DNA of 64,000 nt from assembly GCA_002390675.1 (NCBI GenBank), contig DGPZ01000102.1, positions 53,356-117,355 of the forward strand. The letters run 5' to 3'. A program made the position numbers and the translations under genes. Source of the stretch: Deltaproteobacteria bacterium UBA4427 (lineage in GTDB: Bacteria > Myxococcota_A > UBA9160 > UBA4427). Of this stretch, positions 1-8,845 are shown in pieces. The notes under the pieces were generated by a model that was not told the origin of the DNA, did not search any database, and worked only from the letters and a program-made list of their open reading frames with translations. The stretch's first letter is position 1. Every line of letters starts with the position of its first letter.

Positions 1-147
1 AACGGCTCGCGACCCCTTTCTTCGAGATTGCGGCTTGAACAAAGTGTGAGAGCGCGAAACGGCAAAAATACCGGCGGGGCCCGTCTCTTCCTTCTACTCA
101 GATTTCTCGCACATAGGCGGCGAGCCAACTCCTCTACGGGTATCCGC

Positions 148-804
148 TCAGAGTTCCAAACGGAGAATCCGGCGAAGCTCAGGCGACCTGCCGCGGACCT
201 GACGAACGGTCCGGTTTAACCGCGTTTGCAAACGGCCGGCTGTCGAACCGCCGGCGCGCGCGAGTTCGCTGAGCGAACTGCCCTCGGCGTAGGCGATGAG
301 GAGCTGGCGCTCGTCATCATCGAGCACAGCGAGGCTCTCCTCAACACGACGCCAGCGACTTGAACGATCCGCGCGTTCTTCCGGGTCAAGGCCCTCATTC
401 CCCAAGTTCTCGCTGATTGATCGCCCCCCGGCAATCGCCCAATCCTCGAGATCGTAGGAGCCCCACTCGACTTGATGTGCGTGTCTAGACAAGAGGCGCC
501 TCGCTTCATCAAAGACGGAACCTTCGATCCGGCGCGAGACATAGGCGGAGAGTTCTCGTTCATGGGCATCGGCTCGGCGGTTCTGAATCGCCTTTAGAAG
601 TCCCCAGTAACCAGCGGAAGTCAGATCGTCCCGCCACGCCTCGGCCAATCCAAAACGATTCCCGATTCGGCGCACAAAAAATTCAACGCGGTGCGCAAAC
701 TGATTTGCGAGATCGCCAAGTTCTTCGCACTCGGACGTATCGATCCCATTCGCGTGATCAGCGCTCTTCCCCAAATCCACATTCGCATCGACGATATTTG
801 TCAT
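148..804 (-). CDS. RNA polymerase sigma factor, sigma-70 family
   Basis: 218-aa ORF. Region-2-like segment DLTSAGYWGLLKAIQNRR...YVSRRIEGSVFDEARR. Region-4 HTH-like segment LDDDERQLLIAYAEGSSLSELA. Same strand as the kinase gene and 136 bp downstream of it. Confidence 0.65.
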   Translation of the reverse strand: MTNIVDANVDLGKSADHANGIDTSECEELGDLANQFAHRVEFFVRRIGNRFGLAEAWRDDLTSAGYWGLLKAIQNRRADAHERELSAYVSRRIEGSVFDEARRLLSRHAHQVEWGSYDLEDWAIAGGRSISENLGNEGLDPEERADRSSRWRRVEESLAVLDDDERQLLIAYAEGSSLSELARAGGSTAGRLQTRLNRTVRQVRGRSPELRRILRLEL

Positions 805-940
805 CTCGGCGCATCATGAGGGACACGTCGACACCGAACAGTGACGCCACTCACGTCGCCGAGGATGCCACCTAACTAACGGATGATCAGATTTGGTGAT
901 TCCAGTTAAGTGACCGAGAGTTGGCGTTGCGGGATCGTTC

Positions 941-3900
941 CTACACAAAACCTTCTGGTTCGATCACAGTCAGCGCTTGTAAGACGTCAGCCGCCGTCTG
1001 CAGCCGGTCGTCGGGGCTTTTCTCGAGCAACCGAAGGATCAGCTCCGAAAGCGAGTCCGGGATATCTGGCTGAACGGATTGCGGATCGGGCACGGCCGTG
1101 TGGCGGTGATGATAGGCGACCTCGCCTGACCCGAAGGGCACCTCGCCGGTCGCCAGTTCAAAGAGCGTCACTCCAAGTGAGTAGAGATCAGTGCGGTGAT
1201 CCACGTCTTGCCCAAGAACCTGCTCGGGCGACATATAATAAGGCGTCCCGCTCACTAGGGTTGTCGCGCCGCGTACTTCTTCGAGAACCTTCGCCAAACC
1301 GAAGTCCATGATCTTAACCACGCGATCGGTCGTCACGAAAAGATTGGCTGTCTTGATGTCGCGATGGACAATGCCTTGTCCGTGAGCGTAGTCGAGGCCA
1401 CGGCAGGCTTGGCGCGCGATGCCCAAGACGTTCGAAGGCGATAGCTGCCCGCGTTCATACAGAATCGTTTGCAGCGGCTGCCCTTCGAGCAGTTCCATAG
1501 TGATAAAGAACTGTCCGTCCTGCTGATCCGCGTCATAGAGCGTGACGATATTCGGATGATTGAGTCGCGCCGCAGCCTGCGCCTCGCGAAGGAAGAACCG
1601 CAGAGCCCGGGGATGGTGGCGGCGCAACCCTTCAGGAAGTCGCTTCAGCGCTACGATCCGGTCGAGCCGCGTGTCGCGCGCGCTGTACACGATGCCCATG
1701 CCGCCACGACCGATCTCCTCTTGCAGGTCGTACCTAACATCGCCCACGAACGCGGTCGTGCCGGCATCCGACGGACGATTTCCCGAAGAGAAGAGATGCG
1801 CCGTAGCGCTCCTGTGCTTTCGAAGGGCTTCGATGCGTGCGGCGATATTCGGGAAGGTCGGTTCTCGCCTGCGAAGATCTCCGAGAACATCAAGCGAACG
1901 TTCAAAATGCCCCGCTTGCTCCCAGAGTTCCGCAAGCCGCGAGTAAGTTTCCGCCATAGCGGAGGCCGGCCGGAAGGTCGCGATGTGTTCGTCGAGCTTT
2001 CCCGCCGCGAGATCGTAGTGTCCTTCCGTTTCGAAGGCCTCGGCGAGTAGTGCACACGCTTCGCGGAAATCGTCGTCCGTCGGCTCGACCTGCTGCAGGA
2101 GCCGGATCGCCCGCGGACGCTGGTCATGCTCAAGGGCGAGCTTCGCGGCGGGAAAGACCTCTCCGTAGCGCTCAAGAGCCGTCAACCATCGATCGATCGC
2201 ACCGGACTCGCGATAGCACTCTATCGCTCGGCCATAGTCTAGGGCGCGCTCATAACATTCACCGGCGCTGAGAACTTGACCGTTCCGCCTATGCGCATCC
2301 GCAGCTTCGATCCATTCTTCAGCATGCTCAAAGAGCGCCGCCGCACGCCCTAGTTCGCCTTGTTCCAGCCGAAGTCGCGCCGCAGCCCGGGGGTCGCCTG
2401 CTGATTCATAGAAGTCCGCAGCTCGCCCCGCTTCGCCTTCAGCTTGATGCTTAGTCGCGAGTAACCGGAAGCCAAGTTCAGCCTGGCCATCTTGTTCAAG
2501 CGCCCGGGCTACAGCGGGCAGATCGCTTCGCAGATAGGGGTCGACTGCCGGCGGACATCCCTTGAAGACCGCTTCCGCCTCTAGAACATCTACGCCTAAC
2601 GATGACGGCCGGAAGCTATCGACGGAAAGCGCATGATCAAATACCCGATCTCCACATCCAACGAAGAGTCGGTAGTCGCCCTTCGGTAAGAGAATCCGAA
2701 TAGCACCGCCCGAGGCCGCTCTCGGTTTGTCGATAAATCCGGGAACCGTAACCTGCGCTTCCTTGGCGGGCCGATCGCCCCAGACTACACGCAGATCGAT
2801 GGGGCACGTGGAGGGGTGCGCATCGAATTCCATGCGCACCGTTCTGCGATATCGCACGCGAACAATCTTCTCTTCGCGAATCCGTCCTAGTACTTCGTCT
2901 GTCTCGGGATCGAGCAGCACGCCGTCAACGACAAGGTGATAGCGACCCGTAAATAGCCTTTGAAAATGCGTCTCTCTGGACACCATGTGGTGTTGTCGTC
3001 GTGTGGAAGCCCCACCCTCCCGAATCTCCGTTTCGTTCACGGGATCTGGCGCAGAGCGACGACCGCTGCGCATGCGAACCTGGAAGATGCCGCGCAACTC
3101 ATCCGGGTATTCGATGATGACCGCGACGTCGCCACGCTGCCTAAGCAACAACACGACGGCGAGCAGCACTAGAAATCCCGCGGCGCCATATACGCCGAGA
3201 CGCTTCTGCTCCTCTTCCGCGAAACGCTGCGCGAAGGGAAGCAATCGATCCTGCACACTCGGGGGTAGTCGATCGACATACGCCACGACGCGAGGATCGA
3301 AGACTTCCCAGCCGGGCGCCTCCGCCGGCATCGTCGGCCATGCTCTGTACTCGCCAGACGGGCGCATAAAAGCCTGCAGGTCCAAAGAATTCACAACAGC
3401 AGCCCGCGCTTCACGTAGCGAAACCGATTCCGGCACGTGGGGAATCAGCGCATCCAATACGGCTAGGCCGTCGACGAGGCGTCCGTCTCTAATATAGAAA
3501 CCTGCGAGGTCGTAGCGAAATCGAATCTGATCCGAAGCGCGACCTGAGGCATCGAGTCCGCGAAGAAACGCGCGCTCCGCAGCAAGTGAATCCCCCTCGC
3601 GAGCGAGATTCGCGGCCAGGCCATGCCAGATATCCACTAGCACCGCGTCGCCCGACTCGATCACGGCCGCATACGCGGCGGCAGCTGCCGCGGACCGCCC
3701 TGCGGCATCGAGCGCGCGCGCCGATTCGAGCGTCGCTTTTCGAAGAATTGGCGCCCCCGACCCGTGGCCGACATTTCGGCGCGCAATCAGCAGACCGTCC
3801 CGAGCCAACAAATCGGCCTCGAGGCGATCGATCTCTCGAGAACGTCGATCCGAGTCCAAAGTAATCGCGGCTTCGCGCCACGGTCCAACCCGCGAGGTGG

Positions 3901-4213
3901 GTGCCACCTGTAACTCGCCGAGATGCGGCTCGATCCATCGCCAAGGTCCGCGGAGCGCATCTTTCGGCGAAGCACTCGCGGGACCGGCAATCACAACGAG
4001 AGCACCCACGGCAAAGGCACTCACTAAAAAGGCGGCTGCCCAACACGAAGCCCCAGAAACGCCGAATCCCTGGCCGCGCCGCGCGCGAGCCGACCCCCAC
4101 GTCCGAACACCTATGGGCGATTCGGGATGAGTTTCAGAATTGAAGATTCGTTTTTGGGTCTCGTGGGTCGGCCTCACACCGCCTCCACATCCCAGTGCGC
4201 CGGCGAAAGACAT
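941..4213 (-). CDS. Ser/Thr protein kinase (Hanks type) with the kinase domain at the C-terminus; two TM segments, an extracytoplasmic helical-repeat region and cytoplasmic TPR-like repeats
   Basis: The C-terminal ~280 aa carry IGRGGMGIVY (Gly loop), VALK, HRDIKTANLF (catalytic loop), DFGLAK and GTPYYMSPEQ. Hydrophobic segments are AAAFLVSAFAVGALVVIAG and GAAGFLVLLAVVLLL. Ala/Arg/Glu-rich TPR-like repeats precede the kinase. The exact start is uncertain. Confidence 0.85.
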   Translation of the reverse strand: MSFAGALGCGGGVRPTHETQKRIFNSETHPESPIGVRTWGSARARRGQGFGVSGASCWAAAFLVSAFAVGALVVIAGPASASPKDALRGPWRWIEPHLGELQVAPTSRVGPWREAAITLDSDRRSREIDRLEADLLARDGLLIARRNVGHGSGAPILRKATLESARALDAAGRSAAAAAAYAAVIESGDAVLVDIWHGLAANLAREGDSLAAERAFLRGLDASGRASDQIRFRYDLAGFYIRDGRLVDGLAVLDALIPHVPESVSLREARAAVVNSLDLQAFMRPSGEYRAWPTMPAEAPGWEVFDPRVVAYVDRLPPSVQDRLLPFAQRFAEEEQKRLGVYGAAGFLVLLAVVLLLRQRGDVAVIIEYPDELRGIFQVRMRSGRRSAPDPVNETEIREGGASTRRQHHMVSRETHFQRLFTGRYHLVVDGVLLDPETDEVLGRIREEKIVRVRYRRTVRMEFDAHPSTCPIDLRVVWGDRPAKEAQVTVPGFIDKPRAASGGAIRILLPKGDYRLFVGCGDRVFDHALSVDSFRPSSLGVDVLEAEAVFKGCPPAVDPYLRSDLPAVARALEQDGQAELGFRLLATKHQAEGEAGRAADFYESAGDPRAAARLRLEQGELGRAAALFEHAEEWIEAADAHRRNGQVLSAGECYERALDYGRAIECYRESGAIDRWLTALERYGEVFPAAKLALEHDQRPRAIRLLQQVEPTDDDFREACALLAEAFETEGHYDLAAGKLDEHIATFRPASAMAETYSRLAELWEQAGHFERSLDVLGDLRRREPTFPNIAARIEALRKHRSATAHLFSSGNRPSDAGTTAFVGDVRYDLQEEIGRGGMGIVYSARDTRLDRIVALKRLPEGLRRHHPRALRFFLREAQAAARLNHPNIVTLYDADQQDGQFFITMELLEGQPLQTILYERGQLSPSNVLGIARQACRGLDYAHGQGIVHRDIKTANLFVTTDRVVKIMDFGLAKVLEEVRGATTLVSGTPYYMSPEQVLGQDVDHRTDLYSLGVTLFELATGEVPFGSGEVAYHHRHTAVPDPQSVQPDIPDSLSELILRLLEKSPDDRLQTAADVLQALTVIEPEGFV

Positions 4214-4394
4214 CGGACAGTCCTTCGAGGAGGCGCAGCTGGGGGTCTGGATTGGTAAAAAATCATGATAGCGCCTGCCGAGCGTAGGGGCGGTCAGCTC
4301 TGTGCCTTAGGCTCCTTCACGCCCGCAAATCTTCTCTACATGTATCTGAAAACACTGAACATTCTATCAATCCAGTATTCAAAGCACTGATTCC

Positions 4395-6218
4395 ATGGGA
4401 CTTTCGCCTGCATGCCGTTTCAGAAATGTGCAATTATTTACTCGGAACCCAAACCTTGGAAAACACCGATCGATGCATACCCAGCGGCCAGAGCTGAGAA
4501 TCGAAACTCTCCAAGACCCGAACTTAGTCTCGGCGCGTTTTCTGAGCGAGCTCTTTTGCACCTGCGAATCGCAGGGATTTTCTGCGCCGAAGCTGGTGGG
4601 CGATCTCCCCATTTTGTTAGGCGAAGGCGGCGGCGTGATCGCTGCGGTCGAATGGAACGTCTTCTGCGACTTCATGCGCCGCCTCGGCCATGAAGTCGGT
4701 GGCGCGCGTGGACTCGAGCGCTGCGGCGAAACGCTGGGCCAACTGGCTCCGGCCCGCGTGCTTAACAGCCTCGCTGGCATCGCCGCCTCCCCTCACACTC
4801 TCTACCAGGCTGCGTCCGGCTGGGTCCTTCGCCGCGAGATTCCAGGCATCGAAGCGCAGATCACCAAGATCGATGACGGACATTTCGAAATAGAAGCCCG
4901 GATCGCCGAGGGGCTACGCGAATGCCCTGAAATTTTCTATTTCATGGCTGGCGTTGCCCGCGTGCTGCCGCAGGCGATCGGCCTAAAAAATGCGGTCGTC
5001 AGCTGCCTGGTCGAACCTAACGTCGCTCGGTACAAGATCGCCGCTCCTCCGTCCCTAACAATTTTGGCCCGAGCCAAGCGCATCTTCCGAACAATTTTTT
5101 CGGCCGGCTCGGTGCTCAACTACCTCGAAGATCAACGACTTGAACTTCACGCAAAGAACGACGCACTCCAAAGCGCAAACGCTGCCCTCGAAGAGAGCGA
5201 GCGGCGCTACCGCGCAATCACGGACACCGCTGTCGACGTTCTCTGTGAGGTCGATGCAACGGGACGCATTCTTTATGTGAGTGCATCCGTAGGCGACCTC
5301 ATAGGCTACTCACCGGAGCAAGTCACCGGAAGTCACTACCGATTGTGGATTCCGGGAGAATGGCATGACCGAGTCGAAAAAGCCTACGAGTTCCTTGTGA
5401 GCCTGCCGCCTGGCCGCGCGACGCAGGAACTCGTAAAGCTGCACGCCTACGAAGGTCCGCCTGTTCTCGCCGAACTAACGGCACGCAGCTACGACACGCA
5501 TCTAGGCGAACGTCGCGTCGTTGTGATCATTCGAGATCAGAACGATCGCAAAAATACGAAGGGCACTAAGAGAGCGACTACTATTGAAGCTCCCCATGAA
5601 ACGACTACAGAAATGGCGCACATTGTCGAACGGGTGATGATCGGCCACACGGTCAGCTTGGATGAAGCGCCGCAACCTCAATGGCTGGAGACGCAAAAGC
5701 TGCTCCGCGATGTTCGCGATTCATTCAGAGACTTGACTCACGGCTCAAAGCGGGACCGGGCCGGCGCGAATGGCATTCTGCGCGACGTGGAAATTGTGTC
5801 CAACTCGGCCCCCGATGAAATTTTCGCGAACGAAGAGCTCCTCACCTCCGCGCTAGCGGGCCTCCTCGACTGGGCCGCTGCACGGGCCGCAGAGTCCCCC
5901 CTCGATCTCGAGCTTCCCAGGCAGGCGGTGCTCGCAATTCGCGTCAGGCTCTGCGTTAAAGCCCTGCTCCAGTCAGACGGTCAGCCGTCGATGCATTCCG
6001 AATTACAGTCCGAGGCATCTGCGAGTATTGTTTTCGAGGTGGACGCCGGGATCGCTACGGACATGGATCTCGATCCAGCAATGGACTCGCCGGCGTCGCA
6101 GCTCGCCTTCGAAGTCGCGGCCGATGCGGTGCGAGGGATGGACGGACGACTCTCTGGCGAAGCTGGCAAGCGCCGGATCACGCTGCCCCAGCCCACACGT
6201 CCGACCTCATCCCGTTAG
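4395..6218 (+). CDS. PAS-domain sensor protein with a degenerate histidine-kinase-like C-terminus
   Basis: A coiled-coil (LELHAKNDALQSANAALEESERRY) is followed by a PAS core (RAITDTAVDVLCEVDATGRILYVSASVGDLIGYSPEQVTG). The C-terminal ~200 aa resemble a HATPase fold (LLTSALAGLLDWAAA; VFEVDAGIATD; RGMDGRLSGEAGKRRITLP), but the canonical H-box, N-box Asn and G-boxes are not evident. The start may be 4473 (MHTQRPEL). Confidence 0.6.
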   Translation: MGLSPACRFRNVQLFTRNPNLGKHRSMHTQRPELRIETLQDPNLVSARFLSELFCTCESQGFSAPKLVGDLPILLGEGGGVIAAVEWNVFCDFMRRLGHEVGGARGLERCGETLGQLAPARVLNSLAGIAASPHTLYQAASGWVLRREIPGIEAQITKIDDGHFEIEARIAEGLRECPEIFYFMAGVARVLPQAIGLKNAVVSCLVEPNVARYKIAAPPSLTILARAKRIFRTIFSAGSVLNYLEDQRLELHAKNDALQSANAALEESERRYRAITDTAVDVLCEVDATGRILYVSASVGDLIGYSPEQVTGSHYRLWIPGEWHDRVEKAYEFLVSLPPGRATQELVKLHAYEGPPVLAELTARSYDTHLGERRVVVIIRDQNDRKNTKGTKRATTIEAPHETTTEMAHIVERVMIGHTVSLDEAPQPQWLETQKLLRDVRDSFRDLTHGSKRDRAGANGILRDVEIVSNSAPDEIFANEELLTSALAGLLDWAAARAAESPLDLELPRQAVLAIRVRLCVKALLQSDGQPSMHSELQSEASASIVFEVDAGIATDMDLDPAMDSPASQLAFEVAADAVRGMDGRLSGEAGKRRITLPQPTRPTSSR

Positions 6219-6259
6219 GCGACCCACAGGCTCTTCTCGAAAGGTCCGCTTCGAGCGGT

Positions 6260-7570
6260 TCAATCGGCTTCGCGCACGATGTCTGCGCCGAGAGACCGTA
6301 ACTTTTCTTCGACGCGTTCGTATCCGCGATCCACTATCTCTGCGTTTTGCACAACGCAGGGCCGGGAAGTCGCGCAGAGTGCCGCGATGATCATGGCCAT
6401 GCCAGCGCGGATATCCGGACTGCGCACAGTTTGCCCCCGCAGCGGTGATCGACCAGAGATGATCACTCTATGCGGATCACAGATGATTGCGTTCGCGCCC
6501 ATCTGAATCAGCGGATCCACGAAGTACATACGCCCCTCGAACATCTTCTCGAAGAAGAGGATCGTACCTTCGCTCTGCGTCGCGAGGACAAGAAACGGAC
6601 TCATCATGTCAGTCGGAAATTGCGGCCAGGGGCCGTCATCGACCGAAGGAACGGCGCCGCCCGCGTCCGGTTGGATTTTTGGCGTCTGTCCGGATGGCAG
6701 TACTATGCGGTCGCTCTTGATCTCGAGTTGGATACCGAACCGCTCGAAGACACGATTCATCATCCAATAATGACCGCGCACGGTGTCGTGAATCGTGATG
6801 CCGCCGCCGGTCGCGGCGGCGAGCGCGAGATAAGAACCGACTTCAATATGATCGGAGACAACGCGATGGGTCGCGCCGTGCAGTCGCTCGACGCCTGTCA
6901 CTCTCAGCGTATTTGTGTAGAGGCCCTCGATATCCGCGCCCATGCCGATGAGAAGTAAGGCGAGGTCCATCACATGGGGCTCGCTCGCGGCGTTCAAAAT
7001 CGTGGTCGTACCCTTCGCCAGGCTTGCGGCCATCAGGATATGTTCGGTCGCCGTCACACTCGCCTCATCAAAGAAGATCAGCGCCCCTTCCATTCGCTCC
7101 TGTGCTGTGAATTCAAACTCGACTTCGTCCACCGTCACGCCTAGCTGACGCAATCCGTAGAAGTGCGTGTCGAGCCGTCGTCGACCGATTCCGTCTCCTC
7201 CTGGAGGATGCAGCTTCGCACGCCCAAGACGATGGAGCAGTGGCGCGACAAAGAGCACGGAGGTCCGCACCTTCTCACAGAGCTCCGAGGGCAGCGGCGC
7301 ATCCGTCAGGTTCGCGCCCTTTATTGTCACGCGATCATCGAGGCGCGAGACCTCCGCCCCGATTTGACCAGCGATCTCAAGCATCACATCTACGTCGCGA
7401 ATGGAGGGCACATTCTCAAGAACGACCTCTTCCTCAGTCAAAAGCGCCGCGGCTATCATCGGCAATACCGCGTTCTTGCTACCGCTCGCACGGATTTCGC
7501 CCTGCAGCGGCCGCCCGCCATGAATCACGAAACGACTCAAATTGATCTCTCCCCTCAACCCCATGCTCAA
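6260..7570 (-). CDS. murA: UDP-N-acetylglucosamine 1-carboxyvinyltransferase
   Basis: 436 aa. The N-terminus FVIHGGRPLQGEIRASGSKNAVLPMIAAALLTEEEVVLENVPSIRDVD aligns with MurA. The active-site loop is KLHPPGGDGIGRRRLDTH, with Asp where E. coli has Cys115. Confidence 0.95.
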   Translation of the reverse strand: MSMGLRGEINLSRFVIHGGRPLQGEIRASGSKNAVLPMIAAALLTEEEVVLENVPSIRDVDVMLEIAGQIGAEVSRLDDRVTIKGANLTDAPLPSELCEKVRTSVLFVAPLLHRLGRAKLHPPGGDGIGRRRLDTHFYGLRQLGVTVDEVEFEFTAQERMEGALIFFDEASVTATEHILMAASLAKGTTTILNAASEPHVMDLALLLIGMGADIEGLYTNTLRVTGVERLHGATHRVVSDHIEVGSYLALAAATGGGITIHDTVRGHYWMMNRVFERFGIQLEIKSDRIVLPSGQTPKIQPDAGGAVPSVDDGPWPQFPTDMMSPFLVLATQSEGTILFFEKMFEGRMYFVDPLIQMGANAIICDPHRVIISGRSPLRGQTVRSPDIRAGMAMIIAALCATSRPCVVQNAEIVDRGYERVEEKLRSLGADIVREAD

Positions 7571-7704
7571 ATCAAAAAAGCGGGCCTATGATCGCCGAAC
7601 CTGAAGAATTGAGCCACGCGTTGACTCTGTGAGTTGATTCCACCACGGTCGTTAGGCAGCCTCTAGCCTGAGCTCTCTCTTATCGGCTCATAAGAGGCTC
7701 TATC

Positions 7705-7720
7705 TGTGAATTGGTTCACA
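7705..7720. promoter_or_regulatory. CRP-type palindrome TGTGA-N6-TCACA
   Basis: Exact sequence TGTGAattggtTCACA, in the 536-bp lower-GC intergenic region about 135 bp upstream of the murA start codon. Confidence 0.3.
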
Positions 7721-8106
7721 CTTGGGCGCATAAATTGGTCCAAAGTCACGCCATCCCAGAGCTTTCCGAATCACAACGCTGGCGAGAAGTCGCCGATGAT
7801 CCTCACTCGGCCTCACTCATCCTGCCAGCCGCGCTCACCGTCACCGGCTGCAGTGATGGAAGCTCCATAAGCAGCTCTCATGGCCGTAGCCTTGGGAATG
7901 CTAGGTCAAGAGTCCGTTACTGCGAATGAGCTGGGGAGTGCCTATCGGCGCTACGAAAATGCAAAGTTCCTCTCGCAACTCTTGCTCGATCGCGAACCGA
8001 ATCTCCCCGGACATAAAGACTTTCGTCGAGAGACTAGACAAGCTCTACGAAAGAGCCGTCGGCGATGCGATCACTCGAATGGAGTCCGCGTCGTAGCCCG
8101 GTCAGG

Positions 8107-8619
8107 CTATTTGTTCGCCGTCTCCGCCACCGTAAAGGTAATCTGCTCGGACACGACCGGCGGGTCATGAGGCATATGAAGATGATCCCCCAGCACCAAC
8201 TGAAGAGTATGTGTTCCCGGAGCGAGGTCGAGAGAGACTTCCGTCTGCCCCTTTCCGAAATGTTTGTAGTGATCGCTCTTCGGAATTGGGAGATTCGATG
8301 CGGGCAAATCAGCATCTATGACTAGGTGATGATGCCCCGTTCCGTGCTTCTCCACGCCCGCAGGGGCAACGCCCATTCCACCGAGCCCGAAACGAACAAC
8401 GACCGGCGAAGTCAGCGTCTCGCCATTGCCCGGCGAAATAAAATAGACGCGCGCGTCATCCGGGCTTTCGCTGCGCGGGATCCCGCCCTCAGCGCTCACG
8501 GACAGAGCGCTGAATCCGAGAATGAGAATCGCCAGGACAAGCGAGACCGCCGCGGCGGGCGCCGCAGACAGCTTGGGTCGAAGCCACGTGGCTACCGAGG
8601 AAGTGTGCAATCTGGACAT
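8107..8619 (-). CDS. secreted DUF4399-family protein
   Basis: N-terminal signal peptide (AAVSLVLAILILGFSALSVSA). Characteristic GTGHHHLVIDADLP and His-rich C-terminal half (HYKHF, GDHLHMPHD). Confidence 0.75.
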   Translation of the reverse strand: MSRLHTSSVATWLRPKLSAAPAAAVSLVLAILILGFSALSVSAEGGIPRSESPDDARVYFISPGNGETLTSPVVVRFGLGGMGVAPAGVEKHGTGHHHLVIDADLPASNLPIPKSDHYKHFGKGQTEVSLDLAPGTHTLQLVLGDHLHMPHDPPVVSEQITFTVAETANK

Positions 8620-8845
8620 GGATCCAAAACCTCATTTTCACGATTGGGGGGCTCACCGACTCTACCGCGCAGCGCATCCCACGACACCTGCGACTCCCGG
8701 TCGGCCCTTTGGTCTTGTCTATTTGGTCGGCGATTACTCATCCGACCCTCCGGGACGATCCGAGGGGACGGGTTAACATGACACGCACAGTCTCGCGCCG
8801 GGGGTGTGGCGCGTTTGGAATCACGGATGGGGGAGCCGAATCAAA

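Noticed and set aside
7926-8096. 56-aa plus-strand ORF ending ...DIKTFVERLDKLYERAVGDAITRMESAS in the murA-upstream gap (also track ORFs 7711..7929 and 7880..8170)
   Set aside because: Only the last ~28 aa look protein-like. There is no SD and no recognisable family, and the three candidate ORFs overlap one another. It may be a gene remnant, but the evidence is insufficient for a call.
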